In this document: positions 26,959-36,189 of the stretch, piece after piece
Layout of the letters: each line of letters opens with the position of its first letter
Position numbering within the stretch: the stretch's first letter is position 1
Assembly (NCBI GenBank): GCA_965248265.1
Contig: CBDFJF010000001.1
Span: 960,001-1,024,000 of the forward strand
Source: Candidatus Latescibacterota bacterium
GTDB taxonomy: Bacteria; Latescibacterota; UBA2968; UBA8231
Direction of reading: 5' to 3'
Length of the DNA: 64,000 bases
Notes under the pieces: generated by a model
Told to the model about the DNA's origin: nothing
What the model saw: the letters and a program-made list of their open reading frames with translations, nothing else
Database searches by the model: none
Made by a program: the position numbers and the translations under genes

Positions 26959-27897
26959 ATGTCAACTCAAGATATTCTTGTCCGCGGCGAGCAGCCGGGA
27001 GACGAGAGCCAAATTGACTTGGTCCTCAGCCGCGCATTCGACGGCATGGACGAGGCCAACCTCGTCCGCATGCTGCGGCACAGACAGCCCGGTTTTGATC
27101 GATCCCTGTGTATATGCGCGTTTGTTGGCGACGTCATGGTAGGGTATACCGGCTTCATCCCTTTCGGCATGCGATTGATGGACTCCAGCGTTTCTGCGGT
27201 CGCTGTCGCGCCCGTCGCAGTTGCCCCAGATTTTCAGCGCCGGGGTATCGCCGGCATGATGCTGCGCCGTGGCCACGAAGTAGCACAAGAGGCCGGCTAC
27301 AGGCTCGCCTGCCTCAACGGCCATCCCGACTATTATCCTCGCCACGGCTACATCGCATGCTTCGGCTTCTGCAAGACAATGCTGGATCTCGACGTGTTAC
27401 CCGCGCCACGTATCGAACTGGAGGCCTGGCCTGTACAGGCGGACGATATTGCCTGGTTGATAGGATGTGATGAACGTGAGTGGCATAGTGTCGATTTCAC
27501 CTGGCCGCGAAGCAACGGACTCTGTGAGTGGGCCATCGAGGGGGTCAATGCCGTGATGTGGCGGGCTCGAGACGGGCGACGGGCAGCCTACAGCCTCTGT
27601 CGGCCCGGTCTGCGCGGACCTGGCCGACACCTGGAAACTCTCCTGGGGGACGACCCCGAACTCGTGCAAGAGGTGATTGCCCACATTAAACCTGGAAGAA
27701 TTACGAATCATCCCGCGGGATGGCTTGCGAAAAATGTTCTAAACGAGTCGTGGGCAAAGTGCGAAGCCAATAGCAGTCAGGCGGCGATGGCATATCCTCT
27801 TGTTGACGGCGTGCTTGACCCATATCTTGCCGCCCTCGAATCGGGACAACGTCAAGCGGGCACCTGCAACTGGCCTGTGCCATTCATAATGTGTTGA
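26959..27897 (+). CDS. GNAT-family N-acetyltransferase (YhbS/Eis-like N-terminal domain)
   Basis: VAPVAVAPDFQRRGIAGMML, GHPDYYPRHGY; GGAG RBS before ATG 26959, 52 bp after the second tRNA. Confidence 0.85.
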   Translation: MSTQDILVRGEQPGDESQIDLVLSRAFDGMDEANLVRMLRHRQPGFDRSLCICAFVGDVMVGYTGFIPFGMRLMDSSVSAVAVAPVAVAPDFQRRGIAGMMLRRGHEVAQEAGYRLACLNGHPDYYPRHGYIACFGFCKTMLDLDVLPAPRIELEAWPVQADDIAWLIGCDEREWHSVDFTWPRSNGLCEWAIEGVNAVMWRARDGRRAAYSLCRPGLRGPGRHLETLLGDDPELVQEVIAHIKPGRITNHPAGWLAKNVLNESWAKCEANSSQAAMAYPLVDGVLDPYLAALESGQRQAGTCNWPVPFIMC

Positions 27898-28099
27898 GAT
27901 CGCCGGTTGACGGAGACATGACGAGCTTTTGCGTTGGAGTTGCCCTCGTCACTCGGCCGTCTGTCAGGGCGTCAATCTGCTCAGTTACGGTCCGACCCTG
28001 GTTCTTTAGCTCCGTTCGGCGCTTATTAAGGTTGCCGATTAACTCGTCGGCCCCAGACAATGCCACCGTCCACCCTCCAGAATCCGTTGAGGTTTGACC

Positions 28100-29734
28100 A
28101 TGAACTCGGACACCTACACCGTGAACCACTGGAACGAGGCAGCGCGCGCGCAAGAGCGCTCAATTCTTACAGCGGAGCAGAACTTTACCTTTGATGCGCT
28201 CGGGTTCGTCGTGCTGCCGCAGGTCCTCAGCCTGGCCGAACTGTCCGCGTGCCGCGACAGCAGCGATGGGCTGGGCGACCTCTGCGGCGAGGCCGGCACC
28301 GTCGGGCGCTACGTGCGTGAGCTGTGCCGCGATGGCTTTCGCCAGGACGGCCATGTGAGGCACGTCCCAGCCGGCGCCGCAGGAGGACACGACCAGGCCT
28401 CGCTGCCACTGGAAGGCGGGGTGGATACGCTGGATCGGGCCTACATCAACCTAACGGGGTGGAATGGCCGCAACGCCGATGGAGCTTCGCTCTCGCGGGC
28501 CGGCGGCGACTGGGAAGAGGTCCGCATCCGGCAGTGCCAGGGCTTGGTGGTGGTCGTCGCACTCACGGAGTCTGCAGGTGGCACGTGCCCGCTGGTAGTA
28601 GTACCCGCTACGCACAAGAGCGGGCTGCCTGCCCCGCCGATTCCGTCCTCCAGCCCGTTCGCTGAACGCCCGGTGCTGGCGGCCGGCGACGTGCTGCTGT
28701 GCGCCGCCAGCACGCTGCACGGGGTCTGCCCGCAAGGTGCTGGTGGTGAGCTGCTCATCGTAAATTTCATCTCGCGCTCGGCTCGGCCACAGGTGCCACC
28801 CGAACAGCAGGACGAGGCATCCCTGCCTGCCTGGGCGGAAGAGCTCGGCGAGGCTGAGCGAACCGTGCTGGCGGGCGGCGACTCGCGTCGCGTGCTCCTG
28901 TCGGACGGTACTGCCACCTGGCTGACGCCTGCAGACGATGCCGACGTGGCGCAGCGGGCCTCCTCCCCCCTCGAGTTCGGACGCGGAGACGACGACGCCG
29001 AGCGCTGGGCGTTCGACACCCACGGCTATCTATTGGTTGAGGGCGTCATGGACGATGACTGGATCGATGCGGCCGTGGCGGGCATCGACGCCAACCTCGA
29101 TCGCATGGTGTACCGAGGCACAGGGGACAAGCTTGACGGGGACGTGACGCTTGCTGACATCCCCGGGGCGCCGACGATCTCGGGCACGGGGCGGCCTGAC
29201 CTGAGAGACTTGTTTCAGCTACCGACGCCGCACAATGCGCCTTTCCTCAAAATGCTGGCGCATCCGGCCGTCATCCAGCGCCTGAACTGGATGATTGGAG
29301 CAGGTTACCGGGTAACTCAGAACACGGCCCTGTGCCACGTCAAAGGCTCGAGCGGGCAGATGCTGCACTCGGGAAACGCCAACCCGACCTGCATCGGCAA
29401 GCACTACGAGATGGTGAACGGGCGCGTGCACACGAGGTCAGGCATCAACGTCGCTTGGCAGCTCACCGACGTCGGGCCCGACGATGGCGGGTTTGTCGTA
29501 GTGCCGGGCACTCACAAATCTTGCTACCCTCTGCCGCACTCGGTGCGGACGTGTAACGAGCGCGCTCCGATCCGCCACGTTCCCATGCGTCGCGGGTCTG
29601 TTCTCTTCTTTTTGGGTGGAACTGTCTGTCACGGAGCGTACCGCTGGGAGGCTGAGTTACCGAGGCGGACAGCGCTCTTCACGTACGGGCACGACGCTCG
29701 GCGCCCTTTTGCATGGCCCTCGAGCAAACTGTGA
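28100..29734 (+). CDS. Tandem phytanoyl-CoA dioxygenase-family protein (two domains)
   Basis: Two FDxxG(F/Y) starts, VVPATHKS and VVPGTHKS, TLHG and VCHG. Confidence 0.8.
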   Translation: MNSDTYTVNHWNEAARAQERSILTAEQNFTFDALGFVVLPQVLSLAELSACRDSSDGLGDLCGEAGTVGRYVRELCRDGFRQDGHVRHVPAGAAGGHDQASLPLEGGVDTLDRAYINLTGWNGRNADGASLSRAGGDWEEVRIRQCQGLVVVVALTESAGGTCPLVVVPATHKSGLPAPPIPSSSPFAERPVLAAGDVLLCAASTLHGVCPQGAGGELLIVNFISRSARPQVPPEQQDEASLPAWAEELGEAERTVLAGGDSRRVLLSDGTATWLTPADDADVAQRASSPLEFGRGDDDAERWAFDTHGYLLVEGVMDDDWIDAAVAGIDANLDRMVYRGTGDKLDGDVTLADIPGAPTISGTGRPDLRDLFQLPTPHNAPFLKMLAHPAVIQRLNWMIGAGYRVTQNTALCHVKGSSGQMLHSGNANPTCIGKHYEMVNGRVHTRSGINVAWQLTDVGPDDGGFVVVPGTHKSCYPLPHSVRTCNERAPIRHVPMRRGSVLFFLGGTVCHGAYRWEAELPRRTALFTYGHDARRPFAWPSSKL

Positions 29735-30068
29735 GCTAATAAGAGCGCTGTGTGTCGGCAATATTGCACCGGGCCTCGCTGTGCGACATGGTCGTGCCAA
29801 ACGGTGATCCTGGTCCCGCCGTCACTGTCAAAACACTCTTGCTGCCACCACGGGGACGCCTAGCGTAGCCTCAGGAGGATACAATTATGGGGTCACTCGG
29901 CGGCGTCGGAGATAGAGCACCAGCGTTCGAGATCCCAGGTGTATTCGCGTCCGTCGCCAGTCTGAGGTTGGCCGCCCCATTCTTGTGCCATACCCTATTC
30001 TCGCTGATATTCGGGCCGATCATCGTCTCTCATTTAGTTTCTCGAAACCAGTTACAGGAGATCAGGCA

Positions 30069-30545
30069 ATGAGAAAATTCACCTTGGTTTCATTTGCCAT
30101 CCCGCTGCTAATCGGAATCGGCGCAGACAGCACAGTGGGACAAACCGGCCCCTGCGAACCGATCTACGCCACCCCAGAGGAACTCACCTGGAAGGACGCC
30201 CCTTCGATCGGACCTGGCGCCATGATCGCCGTCATTGAAGGGAACATGAAGAAACCCGAACACTTTACGGCTCGTATCAAGGTGCCAGCCGACACCGATA
30301 TTCCGCCTCATACCCACCCTACCACCGAGCGTGTGACGGTCATTTCCGGCACGCTTCACTTCGCTCACGGTGCCAAGTTCGACCGATCCAAGACCAAGGC
30401 CTTCCCTGCTGGCAGTCTGCTGGTCATGCCCACGGGGATGCCGATGTACGCGTTTTGTGAAGAGGAGACCGTGATACAGCTCAACGGTGTGGGTCCGTGG
30501 GGCATCTTCTATCTCGACCCCGCAGATGACCCCCTAAAGAAATAG
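30069..30545 (+). CDS. Secreted cupin-domain protein
   Basis: Signal peptide; PPHTHPTTERVTVISG, QLNGVGPW; AGGAG RBS. Confidence 0.82.
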   Translation: MRKFTLVSFAIPLLIGIGADSTVGQTGPCEPIYATPEELTWKDAPSIGPGAMIAVIEGNMKKPEHFTARIKVPADTDIPPHTHPTTERVTVISGTLHFAHGAKFDRSKTKAFPAGSLLVMPTGMPMYAFCEEETVIQLNGVGPWGIFYLDPADDPLKK

Positions 30546-30771
30546 AATCCGGCCCCTTATCCTGCCGAAATAGGCCCGACTGACCTGGACCAGAATCGAG
30601 TTGGCCAAACAGCCCGGTTCGCACGGTTTACGATGACCGAGTTCCCTGTTCCGCAGTACAAGGAGATCACCGCATCGCTCTATGAGTTGCAGGCGGATTC
30701 CCGCAGGGCGGAAGCACCCTGCTAGCGGGGTGCCTTCAGATCCTGATACGCCCTGCAGCGTGAAATCACCC

Positions 30772-31500
30772 ATGCCCAGCTTCAGAGCCTTTCGGCAATT
30801 CAACGAGGGACTACCAACGGGGGTTGTGGCGTCGACATATGGCCTGAATCGCGCCGTTGCTGACCGCTACTTTCCTGGTGATTCCCTGCACTCGACGATC
30901 GTGCGAGCGCTGGCAGCTGCACGGTGTATCCCGATCAAAGAAGTGGTGGAAAGCTTCGAGGTATTCGAGGCCGTCCGTCGGGACATTCGCTCTCCCATTG
31001 TCGCCGATCTGTGCTGCGGTCACGGCCTTGTGGGTATCCTCATGGCGGCATTCGAGCGACGCGTCGAAACCGTCCATCTGTGCGACGGCAGAGCACTGGA
31101 GGACAGTGAACGGACCTTGGCTGCCGTCGAGCAAGTAGCACCCTGGACCAGCGGGAAAGTGCACCATCACGTCATCAAGTTGAAGCAGATAGATGGAAAG
31201 ATCCCCTTTGCGAGCGCGCTGGCAACACACGCGTGTGGTTTACTCACTGACGGTTGTATCGAACTGGCGATCAATAAGTGCTGTCCGATCGCTGTAACGC
31301 CATGCTGCTATGCAAAACAGACGTCTCCAGCACCACCCGTTCTGCAGCGGGAGCTCGGTCTGGAAGTGGCCAGCGATGCGGAGCGGACCCTTCGGTTGCA
31401 TCAAGCGGGCTATACTGTGAAGTGGAAGTACATTCCCGCGCAGATCACACCGATGAACCGTATCATCATCGGGAAGCCTGGTTGCCCATCGTCCAGGTGA
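30772..31500 (+). CDS. SAM-dependent methyltransferase domain protein
   Basis: VADLCCGHGL, HACGLLTD, PCCY, ITPMNRII. Confidence 0.8.
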   Translation: MPSFRAFRQFNEGLPTGVVASTYGLNRAVADRYFPGDSLHSTIVRALAAARCIPIKEVVESFEVFEAVRRDIRSPIVADLCCGHGLVGILMAAFERRVETVHLCDGRALEDSERTLAAVEQVAPWTSGKVHHHVIKLKQIDGKIPFASALATHACGLLTDGCIELAINKCCPIAVTPCCYAKQTSPAPPVLQRELGLEVASDAERTLRLHQAGYTVKWKYIPAQITPMNRIIIGKPGCPSSR

Positions 31501-31543
31501 TCCGATGATCGACCAGTGTTTGGCAACTGAGACGCAAACCGCA

Positions 31544-31720
31544 ATGAAATTTCACTATCTCGTGCGGGGCATTGTGTTCGAGGATGGCAAAGTGCTTCTG
31601 GCGCATCAGAAAGGAGCCGACCACACGTTTTTGCCAGGCGGTCATATCGAAAACGGCGAGAAGGCGGAAACGGATTTGATTCGAGAGCTTGAGGAAGAAA
31701 TAGGAAAGAAGGCGCCCTCT
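31544..31720 (+). pseudogene. Truncated NUDIX hydrolase
   Basis: LPGGHIENGEKAETDLIRELEEEIG Nudix box; the similarity is lost immediately afterwards. Confidence 0.65.
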
Positions 31721-31876
31721 GATAGAGTGTCTCATGAACCGGCAATCAGATTACAACGGCTAACGGGGAACGTCGCTATAGAAGATGGCATACAAAGTAG
31801 ATTCTGCTCATGGATATTGAGTGGTGGAGCGGTACGTTTCGATCGTGACGGGCTCACGCCAGTTTGAAAGTCTCAC

Positions 31877-33388
31877 TCACCTGAATCGAAACGAAAACAG
31901 GTCGGCGTCTTTGACTTCGAACCGCACCCGGACTGGCCTTTCGGCAAAGGGACCGTGCCCGTCTGTCTTCCAGGTGACGGTTCCCGCGATCTCGTCACCC
32001 TCGAGCGGGTCGCAGTCATCCGCCGAAAAATTGGCCAGCGGCCGGCCCTCGGCATCCTGGATCTCCACGCTCACATGGCCGCCGGGGCGGGTGAGGTAGT
32101 TAATCTCCAGCTGCGTGCCGGCCACCAAGAGCGGCCTGGTAGTGAGCTGCCCGCCCTGCTCGCCGCCGCGCAGCGCCACGAAGCCGTCCAGGCGGTACGT
32201 GAAGCGCCGCAGCCGGGTAGGGGTCCTGGAGAGGTAGTTTTCGGAGGCGTAGACCGAGTACTCGCGGTCGTTCCCCGGGGTGGGCACCATGCCCCAGGCC
32301 ATGTAGTTGCTGCGATTACCGGCCCGGTCCTCCGGCGCCTCCTCCGAAATCACTGCCTCGGGCCACCGCCGGAACGCATGGCCGTTACGGCTGGTCATCA
32401 AGATCGGCTCGACACGGTCCCCCTGATCGGGCAGCAGGCGGGTGGGGAAGCCAATCAGGATCTGGGGCGCGCGGGGGTACGACATCACCGCATTGGTGTA
32501 CAAGTGCTGCGGACCGATGTCATCGTCGAATTCGAGCAACTCCGGCTCGGTCCAGGTCACCCAATTGAAAAAGTCGCTCGACGTGCCCGTCATGATGGAC
32601 CGGAATCCCGGGCGAGCGCGTATGCCGCCTACGATAAGCTCACCGCTTGGATTTCGAAAAAAGCGGACGCGGTGATATTCGCGGTACCGTCGGGTGTGCG
32701 GGTCCCAGAAGGCCAGGTTCTGCGAATCGAAGTCGCCCTTGGTGATCAACGGGCCGTCGCTGATCGTCCACCGGATGCCGTCGGGCGACTTGTAGGCGAA
32801 GACGGTCATTTCTTCTTGCACAGCAAGGTAGGGCGTTCCGGTCTTGTGGACCTGCCCCAGTGCCTTGTAACGGGCCTCGGGCGGACAATCCGGGTTGGTG
32901 TCCTTGAAGGGGGTAAAGCTGCCGGTGCCGGCGCCGTCCCACACGATGTTGTTCTCTTTCGAACCCTCGAATCCGTACAGCCCCAGGTTCGGTTTCGTCC
33001 AGTTGGTGCCGTCCTTGCTCTCGGCGTAACAGGTCACTTGGCGGTGCGTCTGATCTCGGTTCTCATGGTCGTAGTTTGAGCCGCGGTAATACATGCGGCA
33101 GATGTCCTCGCCGGAAGAATTTGTGTCACGAAACACCGTGTAGTAGGCACAAGTGTTTCCCTCCCACGGCTTGTCGGTGACCAGGACCACCTCCCGCGGC
33201 ACCGGCCGCTGCAGTTCAAGCCGGGCGTCGCCCTCGATCTTGTCGATGACGTGGTCATCCACAAACAGCTCGCGGTGCGAGCCGATGTCAACCGACTCGG
33301 CGGCCCAGATGGCTGTCGGCGATGCGACAGCGAGAACACTCGCGGCCAGGCAGCACGTCCCCGCTATCTGTGCAACGGTCCAGGTCAA
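31877..33388 (-). CDS. Secreted beta-propeller glycoside-hydrolase-like protein
   Basis: RELFVDD, YAESKDGTNW, SPDGIRW, FDSQNLAFWD, YRLDGF; start uncertain (ORF is open to 33589). Confidence 0.75.
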   Translation of the reverse strand: MTWTVAQIAGTCCLAASVLAVASPTAIWAAESVDIGSHRELFVDDHVIDKIEGDARLELQRPVPREVVLVTDKPWEGNTCAYYTVFRDTNSSGEDICRMYYRGSNYDHENRDQTHRQVTCYAESKDGTNWTKPNLGLYGFEGSKENNIVWDGAGTGSFTPFKDTNPDCPPEARYKALGQVHKTGTPYLAVQEEMTVFAYKSPDGIRWTISDGPLITKGDFDSQNLAFWDPHTRRYREYHRVRFFRNPSGELIVGGIRARPGFRSIMTGTSSDFFNWVTWTEPELLEFDDDIGPQHLYTNAVMSYPRAPQILIGFPTRLLPDQGDRVEPILMTSRNGHAFRRWPEAVISEEAPEDRAGNRSNYMAWGMVPTPGNDREYSVYASENYLSRTPTRLRRFTYRLDGFVALRGGEQGGQLTTRPLLVAGTQLEINYLTRPGGHVSVEIQDAEGRPLANFSADDCDPLEGDEIAGTVTWKTDGHGPFAERPVRVRFEVKDADLFSFRFR

Positions 33389-33585
33389 ACGTTTCAGCGG
33401 TGAGATAATTTGAGACGTCCTTTCTTCGTTAGAGCGGCGGTTGCTCGAAGAGTGCCTTCTGCGTACTGCAAGTTGCCCCCGAAAATCGCCGTGTATCAAC
33501 TGGGGCCGCGACTGCACAGGCCGGAGCACCGCGCGCAGCCGTTCGACGACGGGGCGCAATACGAGGGTGATGGTCGATCTCGAGT

Positions 33586-33800
33586 TCATCCAGGTGACCT
33601 CATCTGCAAAGTTCCAAGCGTTTCCCTCTCCGGGGATCTCGAGAAGCCCTCTGTGCTTTCGTCATCATCTTCGGCCTTCAGGACGAGTTCTCCACAACGG
33701 TAGCTCCGGCTCTCGCCACCCTCCAGCAGCTCGGGCGGACCGGAACCTCCGAACGAGGTGATCACTTCGTGAGGTGGAGGTGGGTTCGGGGGAAATCGCA
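33586..33800 (-). pseudogene. N-terminal fragment of a phosphotransferase-like (TIGR02569-type) gene
   Basis: PPPHEVITSFGGSGPPELLEGGESRSYRCGELVLK, then truncated. Confidence 0.4.
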
Positions 33801-33939
33801 AGGTAACAGGGTGCAGGAGGTGTCTCGCAATGGCAAGTAGACATGGGAAAGCATCAGCAGGGCTGATTTCTGTGGCCGTGGGTGCTGACCACCAGCGATA
33901 TGATCGCAAGATAGATGCACCAGCGACGCTGCCCACGCC

Positions 33940-34713
33940 CTACCTCCTGGCAACAAGGACCGCATGTCCATCAGAACCGTCATCATCGTCATCCCATACT
34001 CTCTCACAACTGGAGAACCCCGCCCCCTTGAGCAGGCTGCTGTTGGTTTCAACGGCGAGTCTGATGTCGAAGTTCCAGGCGCCTGTGTTTCCGTTGGGGA
34101 GCTTGGCGATCCACTCATTGTAAAGTTCCAGATACCGGGGCTCTAATTTGGGTGACACCATCTGATCACCTTCGATGTACGTGCCGGTCCTTTTCAGTGA
34201 CGAGTAAATACTAGAATAAACCCCCTGTTTGGTCTCGGGCGGGAAATGATGCAAGGTCAAAATGGAAAGGGCATAGTCAAAGTTGCACAGACCTTTCGGC
34301 CATTCGAGACAGGAAGCTTTGACGACAGAGATCTGATCAAGCCGGTCACTGTACTTTCGACGCAATTGAGCCAGCATCCGGGGTGCCTGGTCGAGCCCTG
34401 TAATCCGTGCATTTGGAGCGCGTTCGAAGATGAACTCGAGCTCTAGTCCAGTGCCGCAGCCCACGTCAAGTATCGCAATCGGGTCTTCGGTCGACGGTAT
34501 CTGGTTCACGGTGGCCGTGTGCAGATACCTGTAGATGTCCCCGAAGCGGGCGTCCCAGAGATGAGCGGTCCCGTCGAAAAACTCACTGGTGCTCTCAACA
34601 CCATCACGAGTCCACTCTGGAAAACCCTCGCCTTCAGGGCCTGGTGCCCGAGTACACGCCTCCCGTGTCCGTTCGAACTCATCATGCAACTGTCTGCGCT
34701 CTGCCTCGGTCAT
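33940..34713 (-). CDS. Class I SAM-dependent methyltransferase
   Basis: ILDVGCGTG, TGLDQAPRML, LTLHHF; 6 bp after the RIO gene (operon). Confidence 0.88.
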   Translation of the reverse strand: MTEAERRQLHDEFERTREACTRAPGPEGEGFPEWTRDGVESTSEFFDGTAHLWDARFGDIYRYLHTATVNQIPSTEDPIAILDVGCGTGLELEFIFERAPNARITGLDQAPRMLAQLRRKYSDRLDQISVVKASCLEWPKGLCNFDYALSILTLHHFPPETKQGVYSSIYSSLKRTGTYIEGDQMVSPKLEPRYLELYNEWIAKLPNGNTGAWNFDIRLAVETNSSLLKGAGFSSCERVWDDDDDGSDGHAVLVARR

Positions 34714-34719
34714 TTCGCC

Positions 34720-35505
34720 TCAGCGTGCCTGATGATATTCCGACACCAATCGTGAAAGAATGGCAGTCGGATCGATGTCCGGGATGTAGCGCCGAAAGTG
34801 CTTACAGATGTTATGAACGTCGCGGGCAAGCAGGTCGAACGCCTCGGGGTGACGGCTCGCATCGACTACCTGCGGCAAATCGATGAGCACCTCCTTACCC
34901 TCCCAGTACAGGACATTGTATGGGGAGAGGTCGCCGTGAATTCTGTCATGGCTGAGGAGCAACTCGATGTTACGGACGATGCGATCGAAGACCCGATGTG
35001 CCGCCGTCATGCTCAGTGTAACCTCGTTCAGGGCTGGCGCCGCCTCGTTCTCGTCCCCTATGTATTCCATGAGGAGAACTGATTGGCTGCGCTCCACGGG
35101 CATGGGGACCGACCCGCCTGCATTGCGCAACACGCTCATGGATTCGAACTCGTGAGCGATCCATGAGACATCCTCCACCTGCCTGCCGAACCTCTTCCTT
35201 TTCTTAACCGCCCTTCGCAAGGTGCTCTGGCGCCGAGATTCTTCTTTCATACCGAGGAAGTCCCGACCCAGCTGGTACGCGGCCTGATTGCGCATCGCCC
35301 GTTCACGGCGAGGCCGATACACCTTGGCGGCCAGAAGCTCCATCGCTACCCCAGGACCGGCCTGGCAGCAGTATACTGATGCTTCCTTCCCTCCCTTTAC
35401 CGGGTAGAGAATCGCCTCGATGAGCCCTTCCTCGGCGAAACTGTGCAGGTTGGTCTCGAGCCATTTCCTCTCGAACTGTCTTGGTTCGAACGCAAACTCG
35501 ATCAA
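34720..35505 (-). CDS. RIO1-family atypical Ser/Thr kinase/ATPase
   Basis: VKGGKEASVY, AAKVYRP, LMEYIG, IHGDLSPYNVL, IDLPQ; TTG start after GAGGAG. Confidence 0.92.
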   Translation of the reverse strand: MIEFAFEPRQFERKWLETNLHSFAEEGLIEAILYPVKGGKEASVYCCQAGPGVAMELLAAKVYRPRRERAMRNQAAYQLGRDFLGMKEESRRQSTLRRAVKKRKRFGRQVEDVSWIAHEFESMSVLRNAGGSVPMPVERSQSVLLMEYIGDENEAAPALNEVTLSMTAAHRVFDRIVRNIELLLSHDRIHGDLSPYNVLYWEGKEVLIDLPQVVDASRHPEAFDLLARDVHNICKHFRRYIPDIDPTAILSRLVSEYHQAR

Positions 35506-35534
35506 TCAGATAATCTCCTCGTCTGGATGAGAAC

Positions 35535-35566
35535 AAAAAAACCGCCCCTCCCGTAGGAGAGGCGGC
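35535..35566 (-). terminator. Intrinsic terminator (attenuator) in the RIO1 leader
   Basis: Minus strand gccgcctctcc-UACG-ggaggggcggt followed by a U-run. Confidence 0.85.
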
Positions 35567-35588
35567 ATATGCTCTCGAGTCAAATACG

Positions 35589-35651
35589 CTATTGAGGCAC
35601 AGACAGACAGAGTGGCTTCTCCGGAGAGGACGGTTTCAGGAATGTACGCAT
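35589..35651 (-). CDS. Putative leader peptide MRTFLKPSSPEKPLCLSVPQ
   Basis: Strong SD GGAAGGAGGT; codons 6-12 are complementary to the downstream terminator. Confidence 0.7.
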   Translation of the reverse strand: MRTFLKPSSPEKPLCLSVPQ

Positions 35652-35686
35652 GAACACACCTCCTTCCGTGTCTGAGGTGACGATCC

Positions 35687-35715
35687 AGTATACCGATCAA
35701 CACTCACAGTTACAA
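35687..35715 (-). promoter_or_regulatory. sigma70 promoter of the leader-RIO1 operon
   Basis: Minus strand TTGTAA, 17 bp, TATACT. Confidence 0.7.
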
Positions 35716-36189
35716 GGCCAAAATTGGCCAATATGCATCGAGGCAGACTGTGGTCTATGCGTGGCGGACGCCGTAAATCGATCGATTTCAGCCAGTTAGC
35801 GTGGCGGGAGTGGCGTATTGCTCTCGTAACTGCCGGGCATCGTTGTGATATAACGATGGTCGTGCCCACTGTTGCTCCTGGCGCACTCCACGCCCATTAC
35901 CGACGTTCCACCGCAGTATATTCGGCAAATCCGCCGGCTCACGCAGCGGTCCCTTCGATCGGGAGGTGCGCATTCCCCGAATTTACCCGGGACCGCGAAC
36001 GGGCAGTATTTGAAAACGGCGTGCGGTCCTTGCTCGTTGGGGAGGTGCTTAGTTAGTGGGAAATTACCTGAAGGCCCTGGCTTCGAGACGTGCCGGCGCC
36101 ACTCTGGCCATCGCCGCCGGTGGCGCCGCGGTCTGGGCTGCCGGTTACTGGGGAAACGGCACAGAGCAAGGCCAAGTGTGAAGGTCCGC

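Noticed and set aside
27884-28090. Minus-strand ORF fragment between the GNAT and the dioxygenase
   Set aside because: No credible start or recognisable family; it may be a remnant but cannot be supported.
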